Notes: generated by a model from the sequence alone, not told the origin. Numbered from the whole stretch's first letter, positions 36,402 through 50,370 are shown. The stretch: 63,991 bases of DNA, filler included, from Octopus bimaculoides (GCF_001194135.2; 7 parts of 5 records of this genome joined end to end with filler, not necessarily neighbours in it), one strand, 5' to 3'. Numbers and translations: made by a program.

Positions 36402-37145
36402 NNNNNNNNNNNNNNNNNNNNNNNNNNNNNNNNNNNNNNNNNNNNNNNNNNNNNNNNNNNNNNNNNNNNNNNNNNNNNNNNNNNNNNNNNNNNNNNNNNN
36501 NNNNNNNNNNNNNNNNNNNNNNNNNNNNNNNNNNNNNNNNNNNNNNNNNNNNNNNNNNNNNNNNNNNNNNNNNNNNNNNNNNNNNNNNNNNNNNNNNNNN
36601 NNNNNNNNNNNNNNNNNNNNNNNNNNNNNNNNNNNNNNNNNNNNNNNNNNNNNNNNNNNNNNNNNNNNNNNNNNNNNNNNNNNNNNNNNNNNNNNNNNNN
36701 NNNNNNNNNNNNNNNNNNNNNNNNNNNNNNNNNNNNNNNNNNNNNNNNNNNNNNNNNNNNNNNNNNNNNNNNNNNNNNNNNNNNNNNNNNNNNNNNNNNN
36801 NNNNNNNNNNNNNNNNNNNNNNNNNNNNNNNNNNNNNNNNNNNNNNNNNNNNNNNNNNNNNNNNNNNNNNNNNNNNNNNNNNNNNNNNNNNNNNNNNNNN
36901 NNNNNNNNNNNNNNNNNNNNNNNNNNNNNNNNNNNNNNNNNNNNNNNNNNNNNNNNNNNNNNNNNNNNNNNNNNNNNNNNNNNNNNNNNNNNNNNNNNNN
37001 NNNNNNNNNNNNNNNNNNNNNNNNNNNNNNNNNNNNNNNNNNNNNNNNNNNNNNNNNNNNNNNNNNNNNNNNNNNNNNNNNNNNNNNNNNNNNNNNNNNN
37101 NNNNNNNNNNNNNNNNNNNNNNNNNNNNNNNNNNNNNNNNNNNNN

Positions 37146-37435
37146 GAACGTAAAGACAGATGAAATACCACTAAGCATTTTGCTCGGCATGCCAACGTTT
37201 CTTATTTCTTTATTGCCCACAAGGGGCTAAACATAGAGGGGACAAACAAGGACAGACAAAAGGATTAAGTCAATTACATCGACCCCAGTGCACAACTGGT
37301 ACTTAATTTATCGACCCCGAAAGGATGAAGGGCAAAGTTGACCTCGGCAGAATTTGAACTCAGAATATAAAAGCAGACGAAATACCACTAAGCATTTCAC
37401 CCGGCATGCTAACGTTTCTGCCAGCTCGCTGCCTT
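37146..37435 (-). mobile_element. tRNA-derived SINE, family D (other copies about 51420-51590, 56424-56540, 58650-58810, 59170-59365)
   Basis: Minus strand GAGCTGGCAGAAACGTTAGC...GAGTTCAAATTC...TTTGCCCTTCATCCTTTCGGGGTCGATAAATTAAGTACCAG. Confidence 0.85.
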
Positions 37436-38449
37436 CGCTGTTTTATATATTTTTGTTTGCACAGTATGGTCAAATGGTTAAGAAGCCTACTTTACTAGTA
37501 CAATGTCCTGGGTTCAATCCCAGTGCATGGCATCCTGAGCCAGTGTAATTTTCTATAACCTTGTGAATGAAATTGTGTTGATGGAAACTCTGTCGAAGCC
37601 TCTCAGGTGGATTATACCCATAATTCAAAGCTCCACCCTTGCCACGTACTGTATCACACTGATACAACCTGAGTTTTCCTTTAAGGCTATACATGTCTGT
37701 GGAGTATGCAGCCACTTAATTATCAATTTAGCTAGGAGGTAATTCGATCAACAGAACATTTGAATTCTCGTCAACTTCGACATGGGATCTGTCATGTAAT
37801 AAGACTTTCCCAACATTGTCCAATCTGCACCATTCCTGTCCCAAGAGGACAGGACATGATTTGAGGTACATTTAGCTGGCTGTTATTTCTAGGAAACTGA
37901 ATAAACCTAGCAGAAATAGATGTCCTCAAAAATGTGTAGTTTCAAATGGTGTTGCCCTGTTTAACAGTGCCACTTGGCCCTCAGATACCTTTAGTGGAAT
38001 CTACACTGTTGTAAAGTTTGGGAACAGGTGTCTGGTTTAAGGATGGCTTCCTCCCCTACCATTGCACCTGACTCAGAGATCTTGGGGTCATTACTGTGCC
38101 TTCGCAGACTAAGCAAAATCAACAACAAAATCTAGTGGGTCCTATTGTGTCTGTAGTTTTATTGCTTTAACAACAATAACAACTTCTGTTTAACCAATTA
38201 AAGCAGTTTCTATCTTTTATCTTTTATTTTTTACTTGTTTCAGATATTAGATTGCGGCCATGCTGGAGCATTACCTTGAAATTTTAGCCAAATGAATCGA
38301 CCTCAGTGTTTATTTTCTTTTTAAACCTGACACTTATTCTATCGGTCTCTTTTGCTGAACCACTAAGTTATGGGGAAGCAACCACACCAGCACCAGTTGT
38401 CAAGAGTCGGTGGGTAAGAAATAGATACAAAGACACACACATGTTGGCA

Positions 38450-38844
38450 CCCTTACTGGTGGCATGTAATAAGCACCATTTAAGCATAGGTCAATGCTAG
38501 TGCCGCTTGACTGGCTCCCTGTGATGGTGGCACATAAAAAGCCCCATTCAAACGTGGTCGATGCCAGCTCCCCACCAACTGGCTCTTCTGTTGGTGGCAC
38601 GTAAAAAGCACCATCCGAACATGGTCGATGCTAGTGCCACCTGACTGGCTCCTGTGATGGTGGCACGTAAGAAGCACCCACTACACTCTCGGAGTGGTTG
38701 GTGTAAGTAAGGGCATCCAGCTGTAGAAACCTTGCCAGATCAGATTGGAGCCTGGTGCAGCCTTCTGGCTTGTCAGTCCCCAGTCAAACCGTCCAACCCA
38801 TGCCAGCATGAAAAACAGATGTTAAACGATGATGATGATGATGA

Positions 38845-38848
<4 letters not shown>
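38450..38848 (+). mobile_element. RTE 3'-end repeat, family B, with tandem units
   Basis: Three to four GATGCTAGTGCC.CCTGACTGGCTCC units, then the consensus tail; flanked by SINE A halves (38225-38445 and 38890-39047, minus). Confidence 0.85.
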
Positions 38849-38890
<42 letters not shown>

Positions 38891-39317
38891 GACAGGCTTT
38901 CAGTTTCTGTGTATGAAATTCAAGGCTTGGGTTGGCCTGAGGCTATTAATAGAAGACATTTGCTCAAGGTGTCACGAAGTGAGGCTGGACCAAAAACCAT
39001 GTGGTCAGGAAGCAAGCTTTTTACGACACAGCCACGCCTGCACCTACACACAATTACTTACCTCACAGCCACACCTGTGTCTATACAATTATTGAACAGT
39101 TAAAATTAGTAGTGAAAGGGTGGAGTGTTTGATGAAAAAATGGTGTGGGTTTCAAAGAGACAAAGTTATGTCAAAATAAACCATAAACCAGAGATGAATG
39201 ACGTAATGATAAAAAAAAAAACAATTTGGGGGTAAAAATAGAGATAAATAAATAAAACTGATAGAGTAAGTAAAGGGTGAAGTCTCTGTTTGGTCATGAA
39301 TGACCATGGGATTGTGC

Positions 39318-39536
39318 CTAGGCACAAGTCTGAGCAAGGTTGTTTATGGAAGACCAGCCTCCCCTCTCCACACCACTGATGTTATCCAAGGGAAAGGCAA
39401 AGGAGCCGATACAACTTGGCACCAGTGATGTCGCAACACATTTCTACAAATGAGTGAACTGGAGCAACGTGAAATAAAGTGTCTTGCTCAAGAACACAAC
39501 ACTCAGCCCGGTCCAGAAATTGAACTCACTACTTCA
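39318..39536 (-). mobile_element. SINE family C cut by an LTR insertion
   Basis: Homology to 373-633 stops at ACTTCA|TGTAAC, the LTR edge. Confidence 0.85.
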
Positions 39537-39786
39537 TGTAACTGTTGTATTTGCTTTGGGAGACTCGCAGAGATAACACAACGAGTTGTACAATTTAATT
39601 ATTACATTTATTATTCAATTACATACAAAGAACGCACTCACCCAAAGTTCGTTATGAATAAACAAGAATCATGTCCGCCATATATCTATCAATGACATTT
39701 TACTATGACAGTCACACAGAACAACAACAATGAAACAATGAACTCAGACGAACCACAGTGACACACGGAACGTCATACGAATAACA
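39537..39786 (-). mobile_element. 3' LTR of a Gypsy element (250 bp)
   Basis: TG...CA ends; on the minus strand immediately preceded by the polypurine tract GAGTGGGGAGG (39787-39797). Confidence 0.8.
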
Positions 39787-39797
39787 CCTCCCCACTC

Positions 39798-40507
39798 AAA
39801 TTGATGCTACACAAGAAGTATCAACAGCAAAGTCTCTCATGGGTTTTACGGGTTCTCTTGGATCGTCTTGGGTTGTCTGGTCCATACTCTGGAACGGGTA
39901 ACATGAACTTGGGTCTGGTTTGTCGTTGAGTTAGTGGCACAGTTTCCGAGATCTCCATCGGGTGATCTGTTACAAATTGAAATACAGTGTTTTCTGCATC
40001 ACCAGGTTCATTGTCTTCCTCAGTTGTGTACCGCGGTCGCAGCTGTTCCCAGTGTCGTCTCCACATCGAGCAATGAGGTATGACCTTCACGTTAAAGCAG
40101 CGAGTACCCAATGACTTCTTAATGATTGCTGATACCCACCGGGGATCTTAATCTCGGCGAGGTCCATAGTATAGTGCATACACAGGATCTCCGGCACGAA
40201 TCACATCGTCGACTGGTTATCTCTATAGCAGCATCGATACCAGGCCAATAAACAGCAGTTCTTGCTAGTTGTTTCATGCGTTCCATGCCAAAGTGTCCAA
40301 GATGCAGAAGATTGAGGATCTTTGGCTGCAAGCTATGCGGAATCACAGCTCTAGATCCATGTATAAGGCATCCATGACAGATACTAAGTGAGTTTGATAA
40401 CTTACGGAACTTGTTGACTTCATCATTGATCTCCATGTTCTTTGGTGGCCAGCCTTCACGGACGTAGCGCATCACTGCAGATATCACTGGATCTTTCCCT
40501 GACTCTT
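39798..40507 (-). mobile_element. Gypsy pol remnant: integrase Zn-binding domain fused to the C-terminus
   Basis: GWP...LHLGHFGMERMKQLARTAVYWPGID...CDSC, then GDPVY...WVSAII...RRHWEQLRPR; DDE core absent. Confidence 0.88.
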
Positions 40508-40843
40508 NNNNNNNNNNNNNNNNNNNNNNNNNNNNNNNNNNNNNNNNNNNNTTAATTAATTAANNNNNNNNNNNNNNNNNNNNNNNNNNNNNNNNNNNNN
40601 NNNNNNNAAACAACGGCTAACTAGCCCAACAGAATTGCTTCTTCTTGTATTTGTTGCTCCATTCTCCACATAAATATAATTATAAACTACGGTTTAAACA
40701 ATAAATTACCTGCCTCTGGATGCCCTCTACCCAAGACGGTACCCGTACAGGTGATCCCCAGGAGTGCCTCCGGATTTAAACATCCCCTGGTTGCTTGGAT
40801 GCTTCAGACTACCCCTGAAGGATTGAGGCAACCCTATCATTTA

Positions 40844-40880
<37 letters not shown>

Positions 40881-41833
40881 ACGTAACTTACGCATTTTTT
40901 TCGCAGAAATAAAAATAAACTTTAGGGGTGCATAAATTACATTAGTAGATTGTTTCCAGAATTTGTTTAGAAATTTTTTTTTTTGTTGATAAAAGATGTA
41001 CAAAATGTAAACATTCATACCTGAAGTTGACTCATTTAATTTCAGAATAGATTTTTAAAGAAAAGATAAGTGCTTAAATATAATGAAGTTGACTTTTATT
41101 TATGCTGGATGGTATAATGCTTACTTTTGTGTAAATTTACTAAAACCATTAATGTTTATTGGTAATTAAACTTAATTTACAACACCTGCGCATATTTATC
41201 AGCTTTGTTTTTGTTGATAATTCTTATCAACAACTTTTCCTGTGATCATGATTTCAGAAGACCTACAGTAGTATGCTAAAGATCAGACATAATCTCTTGT
41301 GGGCAAGAAATATAAAATAAAGTTTATTATAAATGACACAAACACTTGTAATTTAATAGCTTGTAATGTAATACCTGTTGAACAAAAATTATTTTTATTT
41401 AATAAAAATTTTTCATTTAATGAAAAATCTAATCATAAATAAGTGAAATTATACTAAATACAAGTAAATTGGAAACCTTTTCCCCCCTGGGCATATCAGC
41501 AATTCTGAAAACTTTTACATGAGTAGAAGCCTTTTTTAACAAATTTTATCCTGAAAATCACCTGTGTAAGTTATACAGGTGCGCAAATTACATGGGCTTT
41601 CATCCAACCCATGCTAGCATGGAAAGCGGACGTTAAACGACGACGATGTATGCAAATATATGCATATATGTATACACATATGTGGGTATATATGTATATG
41701 TGTGTGTTTATATACACACAGATATGTACATATATATATATATATATATATATAAATTTTATATATATACACATACACACACACACATACACAAACACAT
41801 ACACACACATATATATACATACACATATGCAGT

Positions 41834-41865
<32 letters not shown>

Positions 41866-42192
41866 GATGCACTCAGCGTGTGGCAATCATTCCATTCAGG
41901 TTTTGGTTCTTATTGTTAATCACATTAAAACTCCCACCATTGCGTATTCACACAGGGTCCTGCACAGTCTAATCTAGATATATCATAATATAAAGGCTCA
42001 CCCATAATGAGTGAAAAAAGAAAAAGGGCTTGAACTTGATACTCAGGAAGATATGTTTACTTATGCATGCTGCACTTATGAGGTGCATGTCTGGATTGCA
42101 TCTATAATGACATTATATGTTACTGAATACTGAAACATGTGCTACTGATGAAATAAAGGAGTACCGAGTTCAAGCCCAAGTTCTTTTTCCTA

Positions 42193-42261
<69 letters not shown>

Positions 42262-42264
<3 letters not shown>

Positions 42265-43000
42265 CATCATCATCATTTAATGTCTGTTGTCCATGCCAGC
42301 ATGGGTTGGATGGTTTGACCAGGCTGGCATGCCGGAAGGCTGCACCAGACTCCAATCAGATTTGGTATGGTTTTCTACAGCTAGATGTCTGCCCTTCCTA
42401 ATGCCAACTACTCTGAGAGTGTAATGGGTCCTTTTATGTGCCACCAGCACAAGTACCATTTGCATGACACCAGGGTGTTTTTATGTGCCACTGGCATGGG
42501 TGCCATTTGTGTGACACCGGTATCCACCATGACTGTGATTTTGCTCGGCTTGATGGGTCTTCTTCTCCTCAAGCATGACATAATGCCAAAGGTCTCAGTC
42601 ATTGCCTCTGGGAAGCCCAACACTCAAAAGGAATTCAGCCACTTTGTCTCCATGAGGCCCAACACTTGAAAGGAACTTAGCCACTTTGCCTTCGTGGGGC
42701 CCATTGCTCGATAGGAAGTCGCCCACCTTACCTCCATGAGGCCCAAGGCTCAAAAGGTGTTCTTTACATGCAAATAGCACAGGTGCCAGTTACCACGATG
42801 ATTTCACTTGGCTTGACAGGTCCTCTCAAGCACAGCACATCTTGGTCGCTAGTCATTGCCTCTGTGAGGCTCAGATTTCAAAGATCATGCTTCATCACCT
42901 CGTTCCATGTCTTCCTGAGTCTACCTCTATCACAGGTTCCCTCCAGAGTTAGAGACCAGCACTTCCATATGCATCACATGACCATACCATATATAAATCA
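42262..43000 (-). mobile_element. 5'-truncated RTE: C-terminus and family B tail
   Basis: Reverse complement contains GGTAGACTCAGGAAGACATGGAACGAGGTGATGAAGCATGA and the B tail. Confidence 0.8.
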
Positions 43001-44790
43001 TAATTTCATCATTCATCACCTTTTGATATTCACTTCTCCATGCTGGAATGGGTCAAGTGAATAGAAGCGTTTTTTTAAATTTGGTATATTATCTTCATAC
43101 GTGCTCTTACACTGTCATTTTTGTTGTTGTTAATTCACACAGGTAATTTATGATAACTGTTAATTTTCTTGTAATACATCAATTCTTTTATTTGATGAAA
43201 ATATGTTGCAGTTTATATTTTGTTTGTTTAATATTTTGCCTTTTTATTGATTATTGTACACTTTCTGTAATTTTTTTTCATTTTATTTTATCTTATCGTT
43301 TTATATTTCACTCTGTTAAAAAGGTATACAAGCAAACAAACAAATAAGTAAATAAAAAAATATTTTTTTATTTGATAATTTAAAGGGGGAAGAGATAAAG
43401 CATATTACTTTTTTATATCTACAAAGATTCGTTCCCTGAATCTTTGCCCCAGTCTTTTTCAAAGGAGCAAATTTATTGAAGGCATCTGTATGATGGTACT
43501 TTTTCATTTGTCATCTTTTAGATATACTATCATTAAAAATAAATACTATTGCAATTACATTCTTTAGTATATCATAATTTATCATCATCCTCATTGCCAT
43601 TAATCCTTCCACATTTGTTTTCTATGTTAGCATGGGTTGCATATATGTGCAAAGTTACATTTTTCTCTTCTTTGATCTACTTCTAACCATTTACACTGTT
43701 TACTTAAGAATGTAGTGTTCCTTTTTGTAAATCTTTTTCCCTACAGTTGGCATGGCTTCATATTATAGTCTAAGGAATATGTTAATAAATATTTGCATCA
43801 GACAATAGAGCAAGACTCAAAAACTGTATGAATTAATATTAATGTTACAAAATGAAATAAACCAATATTTTAAAGTTAAATATACTCGAAGATACCGTTG
43901 ATTTAATATATAAATCTTTAGTTTATTTATCAATTGTTTGATGTTATAAATTTGATCCATTTGGAAAAATCTTTGCTTTTTTTTACTATGACTACCTACC
44001 TTTTGCTCATATTTAAATGAAAAAATCCTATTTCTTTTTACAAGTATTTCTATTACTTTCTGATAAAATACATTAAATATCAATAACCAATTAAAATCTA
44101 ATTGATCAGTTGAAGCATTGGCTGTTTAAAACCCATTTGCAAATGGGTTGATCATATTCCCTTATTTGGTATATACTTTATGACTTTCTTTTAATTATAA
44201 CTCATTGACACCTGGATCACAGCCATTTTGTGGGCTGTTGGTTGCTGAGGACTGCTAAAGGTAAATGATATCCAAATTGTTCTTATGCCTCTTATTTCTA
44301 TGAAGCTTCTTAAAAATAGTTAGAAAATCACTCTGCTTAATGTTTGATTTTATTGGTCTTAAAAAAGGCCAACATTGTAGAATATCCTCACTCATACACT
44401 CATAATTGTTCAGCTCATTAAATGTAAGTTCATAAAAAAGAAGGGGAAGAAAGAATATGTTGGATTAACATTTGAATCTATTAGTAAATAAATTAGTAGG
44501 TAAATAAAAGTATTTTCTAACTAACCCCTTCATTGTTTGAATATATTGTAATATTTTAGATGATAAAAAGTTGGCTAAATTTTAGATCTTGCTTTAATAA
44601 AATTAATTTGTTTATTGATTAGAAATATAATCCCTAGAATTCAAGGAGACTACTGATAGTTTGCATTAGTAAGTAACAAATAAACGTGAAATAGTATGTG
44701 CTCAGTTGCTCTAGGTAGTATCTAAGTCCTTACTTCAGAAAATGTTGAATACCTGTGCCCCATGGCAAATTAACATACCTTCACATTTTT

Positions 44791-44793
<3 letters not shown>

Positions 44794-44882
<89 letters not shown>
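44794..44882. repeat. (CA)n microsatellite
   Basis: Long perfect dinucleotide run; many other (TA)n, (CA)n and (GA)n runs occur in the window. Confidence 0.98.
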
Positions 44883-44885
<3 letters not shown>

Positions 44886-46275
44886 TGCATGCATGCATAC
44901 ATTTTATATATGTATATACTCTTACACACACATGTATATAAATGTGTGTGTGTGCTGGTGCTGCCAAAAAATAAATATTCAACATTGGTTAAGTTTGTTA
45001 GTCTAAGATATAATAACGGTACATCATTTTTAATCAAATGGGAAGTTCTGTATTTTTATTCGTTAAATGATTTCTTGTTAGGGTTATAAAGAAGTTAATT
45101 TGTTTCACAATTTTAATGAGATTTGATTGAGACTTGAAGGAACAAACGAGAACTTTGAAATAAAATTTGTCTTAAGAGAAAAGATAAAATTCAGCTACTG
45201 AAATTTAAATAATTAAATAAATTGATTTTTCTAAATGAAAATGTGTGCAATGACACTTGATTTCTACACATTAAGATTAGTAATATCCTTTATCTCGGTG
45301 GTGGCAAATCTTCTTGGCCTGAGTTAACATTTTGAATAATCTTTTATAATCTTGTTATCTGGATGCCACTTACATATATACATGTATTTTAGTTTTTGGT
45401 AAATGTTAATAATAAACCTTTTATAACATAATATTGTAGGGAAACTTTTTTTTTTCAATGTTCATTGCATGTCATTGCTGACATACATGTCATAGGTTTG
45501 CCATCTCTGTTTTAAATGATGAAATTGGTCATCTACCACAATACCTTATTGTATTGATTTGATATTATTGAAATACTAAACTGAATTTCACTTTAATCCC
45601 TCAACTGTACAAAAGTAATGATAACAAGTTTGAAACAAATTTAACTTCCTTCTTTTTAATCAAGATTTCATTAACAGGTGATTTGTTTAACTTCTTTTTG
45701 TCTTTAAATTCTTTATCCATCTATTTACATAGTTTCACTCACCAATTTCTGATTTGATTTTCATAATTTACTGTCAATTCTATAGTTTTCATTATTATTA
45801 AGACAAATCATATTGTATTTTGTTGTTATTTTCTTGCCTTTGTTTATTATACCTTAATTATTTGTGAATATCATATGTCAATGTTGTCATCTATTTGTTC
45901 CATTACGTTTTCAGAAATTCATATTATCATTGTTATCATTATCATTGTCATAATCATTGTTATTTTGCATCATTAATTTTTTTTGCCAACCTGTACAGAC
46001 AACCCACTGTTGTACCAGCATTCTTGAAAATGCTATCAACACAATTTCTGTAACTCCTATTATTAATCATAGTATCTATAAGTATGACAACAGTGACTGT
46101 TGGTTTATTTCACTAATTCCCTACTCCTCCTGTATTCCTTGAAACCCTCCATCAACCTTCACTTTGAAGCAAAAATAGCTCTGTCCACTTTAGCAATCTA
46201 CTCTGATTGATTGAAGTCCACTAACCCATCTGCTTGCCTACCCCAAATGTTTGGTCCTACATGTATTTTATCTAG

Positions 46276-46503
46276 GCTCCAAGCGTCATGTGAAATCAGA
46301 CCATGAAGAGGACATTGCTTGCGATACCCCAATATTAGATCGCAGAGACAGTCGCAGTGAGACTCATTTCAACCGAGTTAAAGGCAAAATGTCCTTCCGT
46401 GCTGCAAGCCATGCAACATTGACATTTCTGAGTGCCAGGAAGAGGATAGAAGATGGTATAAAAATCCTTGGAAGACGAATGAGCCGACGGGGCAGTGTAG
46501 ATG
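46276..46503 (+). CDS. Candidate internal exon of an unidentified gene (228 bp, phase 1/1)
   Basis: TTTTATCTAG acceptor, G|GTAATG donor, stop-free (G)SKRHVKSDHEEDIACDTPILDRRDSRSE...RRMSRRGSVD; GC higher than flanks. Confidence 0.6.
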
Positions 46504-47754
46504 GTAATGAATTGAATAAGTTTCGCGAAAGTTACAAGTTATGACTACATTTGCTTTTGTTGACCAGAAACTCATTGGTTGTACCTTGTAACTGCTTCAT
46601 AGGCTATATCTCTCTCTATCTCTTTATATTTATATATTGGTGCTTTGGTCAGTCAACTCATGCCAAAAGAAGTCTTGATGCTTTAGATATTTTTAGAATG
46701 CCTTTTTTTTAGTTGGTGATAATGACATGATTGAGAAGAGGAAACCTTGAGCTGTTTAACATTGACATATATTTGTATGTTTACTTAAAATATGTTCAAA
46801 ATGTGAAGAATGCTGTGTTAACTAAAGCCTGTCTGTTGTCATTTCAGTTTAATATATGCTCATTTTTTTTGTAAATTTTAAATTTAGATTAATCTTTAAT
46901 GCACTTTGTTCCCCACACCCTGCTCTACTTGGCGTAACTTGTTTAATTCATTACACATCACATCATAGAAAACATGTGACATGAATAGACAATTGCTATT
47001 GAAGTTAAGTTTTAGTTCAGTTGTTCATGCTAGCAATTAACATCTAAATGAACCCAAATGAAAAAACACATAGACAAAGTTTTGCACAAGCATATGTGCT
47101 ATATGCAGCCACACATATACACACATACATGCACACACATACATGCACACACATTCATGCTCACACATGTATGTACACATATTGGAAAAAGAAATTACAT
47201 TTTATTCTTTTTTTTTTTCTCGAATATAAACTATAAAAACAACTGCAGTTTTGCTTAAGTTTTTTTTAAAATATTAACAACAAAATAGTGAAATTAATAT
47301 AATATGCACTCTGAGATATTATATACACACATACATGCACACACATNNNNNNNNNNNNNNNNNNNNNNNNNNNNNNNNNNNNNNNNNNNNNNNNNNNNNN
47401 NNNNNNNNNNNNNNNNNNNNNNNNNNNNNNNNNNNNNNNNNNNNNNNNNNNNNNNNNNNNNNNNNNNNNNNNNNNNNNNNNNNNNNNNNNNNNNNNNNNN
47501 NNNNNNNNNNNNNNNNNNNNNNNNNNNNNNNNNNNNNNNNNNNNNNNNNNNNNNNNNNNNNNNNNNNNNNNNNNNNNNNNNNNNNNNNNNNNNNNNNNNN
47601 NNNNNNNNNNNNNNNNNNNNNNNNNNNNNNNNNNNNNNNNNNNNNNNNNNNNNNNNNNNNNNNNNNNNNNNNNNNNNNNNNNNNNNNNNNNNNNNNNNNN
47701 NNNNNNNNNNNNNNNNNNNNNNNNNNNNNNNNNNNNNNNNNNNNNNNNNNNNNN

Positions 47755-47808
<54 letters not shown>

Positions 47809-48250
47809 ATATATATATATACACACACACATATATATAAATGTGCGTTACACATGTACATACATAAATATATTTGCATATGCTTAAATGCATGCATGTG
47901 TGTAAGTATGTATGCATCAATGTACTTATATAAATATCTATACCCTGTTATCAAAAGAAAACTATCATAAATTGGACATGAAGAATTACTGTTTACATTT
48001 GTATAATATTTTTGACAATGTTTAAAACACTTAAGAAAGACCATTGTAAACATGGAGAAAGCGTGTGCTTTGGCATGGGGAAATAGATTTTTGTTTAAAT
48101 ATACCTATGTACCACTATATTTGTTAATGTAAAAATACAATATACACATTTCTGTGTGTGCGTGTGTGTGTGTGTGTGTGCTCATGCATACGTATGTTTG
48201 TGTATATATATGTATACACATAAAAATACAAATATACATTTATATATAGA

Positions 48251-48300
<50 letters not shown>

Positions 48301-48554
48301 CTGAAAATGTTCAGGTCAATTTACTTATAGCTTTCTGTGTTGAATCATCAGTTTGTAATGAAGAACTATTGATAAGCTATTGCATATGTAATGTCAAAAT
48401 TTGGAAAATAGTGGCATATAGAATAATAGTAAGGAAGTAGATTTGGAGTAGGCAAGTACTTTTCTTCTTTGTTTTTTTCTTCTCCGCATCGCTCTCATTT
48501 CTTGCTGCAAATCTCCTCATACAGATGTAATAATCTTTATCTTCTACTATTACC

Positions 48555-48603
48555 ATCTCCAATGAAGGGATACATTGAATTTTCCCTGAAACAGCTGCAA
48601 GAC
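48555..48603 (+). ncRNA. Degenerate hammerhead-like motif
   Basis: ATCT-CCAATGA-AGGGA-loop-TCCCT-GAAA-CAGCTG-CA-AGAC; core has substitutions. Confidence 0.4.
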
Positions 48604-48949
48604 ATTCTACATAAAATATAAATTTACTTATGCCATTGGTCTCTTTATCTCATTCTTTTTTATTTATACACACGCTAATACACGACCCATGTTATATTCC
48701 CCATTCATGTTGCAACCACATCTGGGGCAAAACTAGTCAGTATACAGCACTTACTCGGTAGTACCTGTATCATTAGGGTCTGGTTGACTCCATTACCCTT
48801 CATAACCTTTATATATATATATATATATATATATAAATATAGATAGATAGATATATGTAGAGAGAGAGGGGGAAAGACAGAGACTACCAAATAATATTTC
48901 ATTCAGAACTGCAAAATATACAGAACCTGTTGGCATTGTTACAAAGTTG

Positions 48950-50050
48950 GCAAAACATATTACTCACTATTTGTTGTCATAGTTTGAGTTAACAGATTTA
49001 AGATTTCAGGTAAATGTTGACCAACTTGGACTTGCACTTTTAAGTAACTTAGAAAAACTGTGTAAAGATGTCGATTATGATGAAGTTTAAATTAACTCAA
49101 AGTTAAGCCAATGTATCTTAGTACATTTACAGTTACATGAATATTCGTTTGAGAGGCTGCCGTTGTATGTTTGTGAACCTTCGTTGAGGAAGAAGCACTA
49201 AGTTTAATGTGATTTATATTTGATGAAGTAACTTATGGTAAGGTGGTAAGTTTTTGTAAAAGTTAAGGACACTTTGGTTATGAGATGTTTGTTTTTACAT
49301 GCATCTTTTGGAGAAACTATCTCATACTAACACATCATTGCAATAGTGTGAAACATCAGTGACTGCATATTCATTAGAAGAGAGGTTGGAAGTGTGTAAC
49401 TAAATGGTTTAAAATATTGTGTGAGTAGATGAAATGTCTTTGTATGTAAAGGGCCAATTTGTCAAGTTTTCTGTTAGAAAATAACTGAATGTTGATGAGA
49501 TTAAGTGGTACATTGAGAAAGATAGATTTCACCATAAATCTCTTTGCTTGTTGATGGTTGTTATCAGGGAGGATTAGTATATCATTATTTCTATAAAGAT
49601 CACTGAGAATATAAGGAAATTTGGGCTATGGAGGGTTTGGGAAATATATAGTCCGTTAACTCTGTAAATTTATGTTGAATTTTTTGTTAAAAATAGTCTT
49701 ACCATTTTGTGAAGTTGATTACATTCATGAAGAGGGGTTCTGAAATGGAGGAATAGTAATCCTTAATGTCAAATTGACTAAATCTTTACAATCTTCCTTG
49801 GCAATTTCTTATAACCATTTTAATGAACAACATATGTTTTGGATTTGAACTGAGTAATTGCAGAATTGATACTGTTCCATAGAAGTGAGAATCTACCGTA
49901 ACTTTGGGAATTGTATTATGAAGAATCTGTTTACAAATAATTATATCTGTTTATGTGGAGTAAATAAGTTTAGTATAGGAGTTGTTTGCAAAATTGTCCT
50001 TATGATCTTTGGAGGTGAAACACAGTTTTGAAATGCTACAAAATTCTACT
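48950..50050 (-). mobile_element. Highly degenerate Penelope-like element
   Basis: Minus strand VKSIFLNVPL (like DVKSLFTNVP) and CNC...YIGLT..FKLHH (like GIY-YIG). Confidence 0.5.
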
Positions 50051-50291
50051 CTATCGTTTATGATATTATTTTTGTTTCCTTATTGATGTCATTTAAAGGT
50101 ATAAAATTGAGTGTTAGTGATAGAGTTAGAGAAGAATATATGCTAGATAAGTTTTCTCAGTTTCAAAATAGACATTTAATTTTATCAGTTTGATTTCCAT
50201 ATGGTTACCATCATTACTGGATTTTTGATAGTGAAAGTTCCCACTACCCAGAAACTTAGCATTCCAAGTAGTTGAGTCTGTGAATGTATTT

Positions 50292-50370
<79 letters not shown>

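Noticed and set aside
48460-48584. Minus-strand candidate exon EIQCIPSLEMVIVEDK...KKK
   Set aside because: It overlaps the repeat-derived hammerhead-like relic, the donor is weak, and I recognise no homology.
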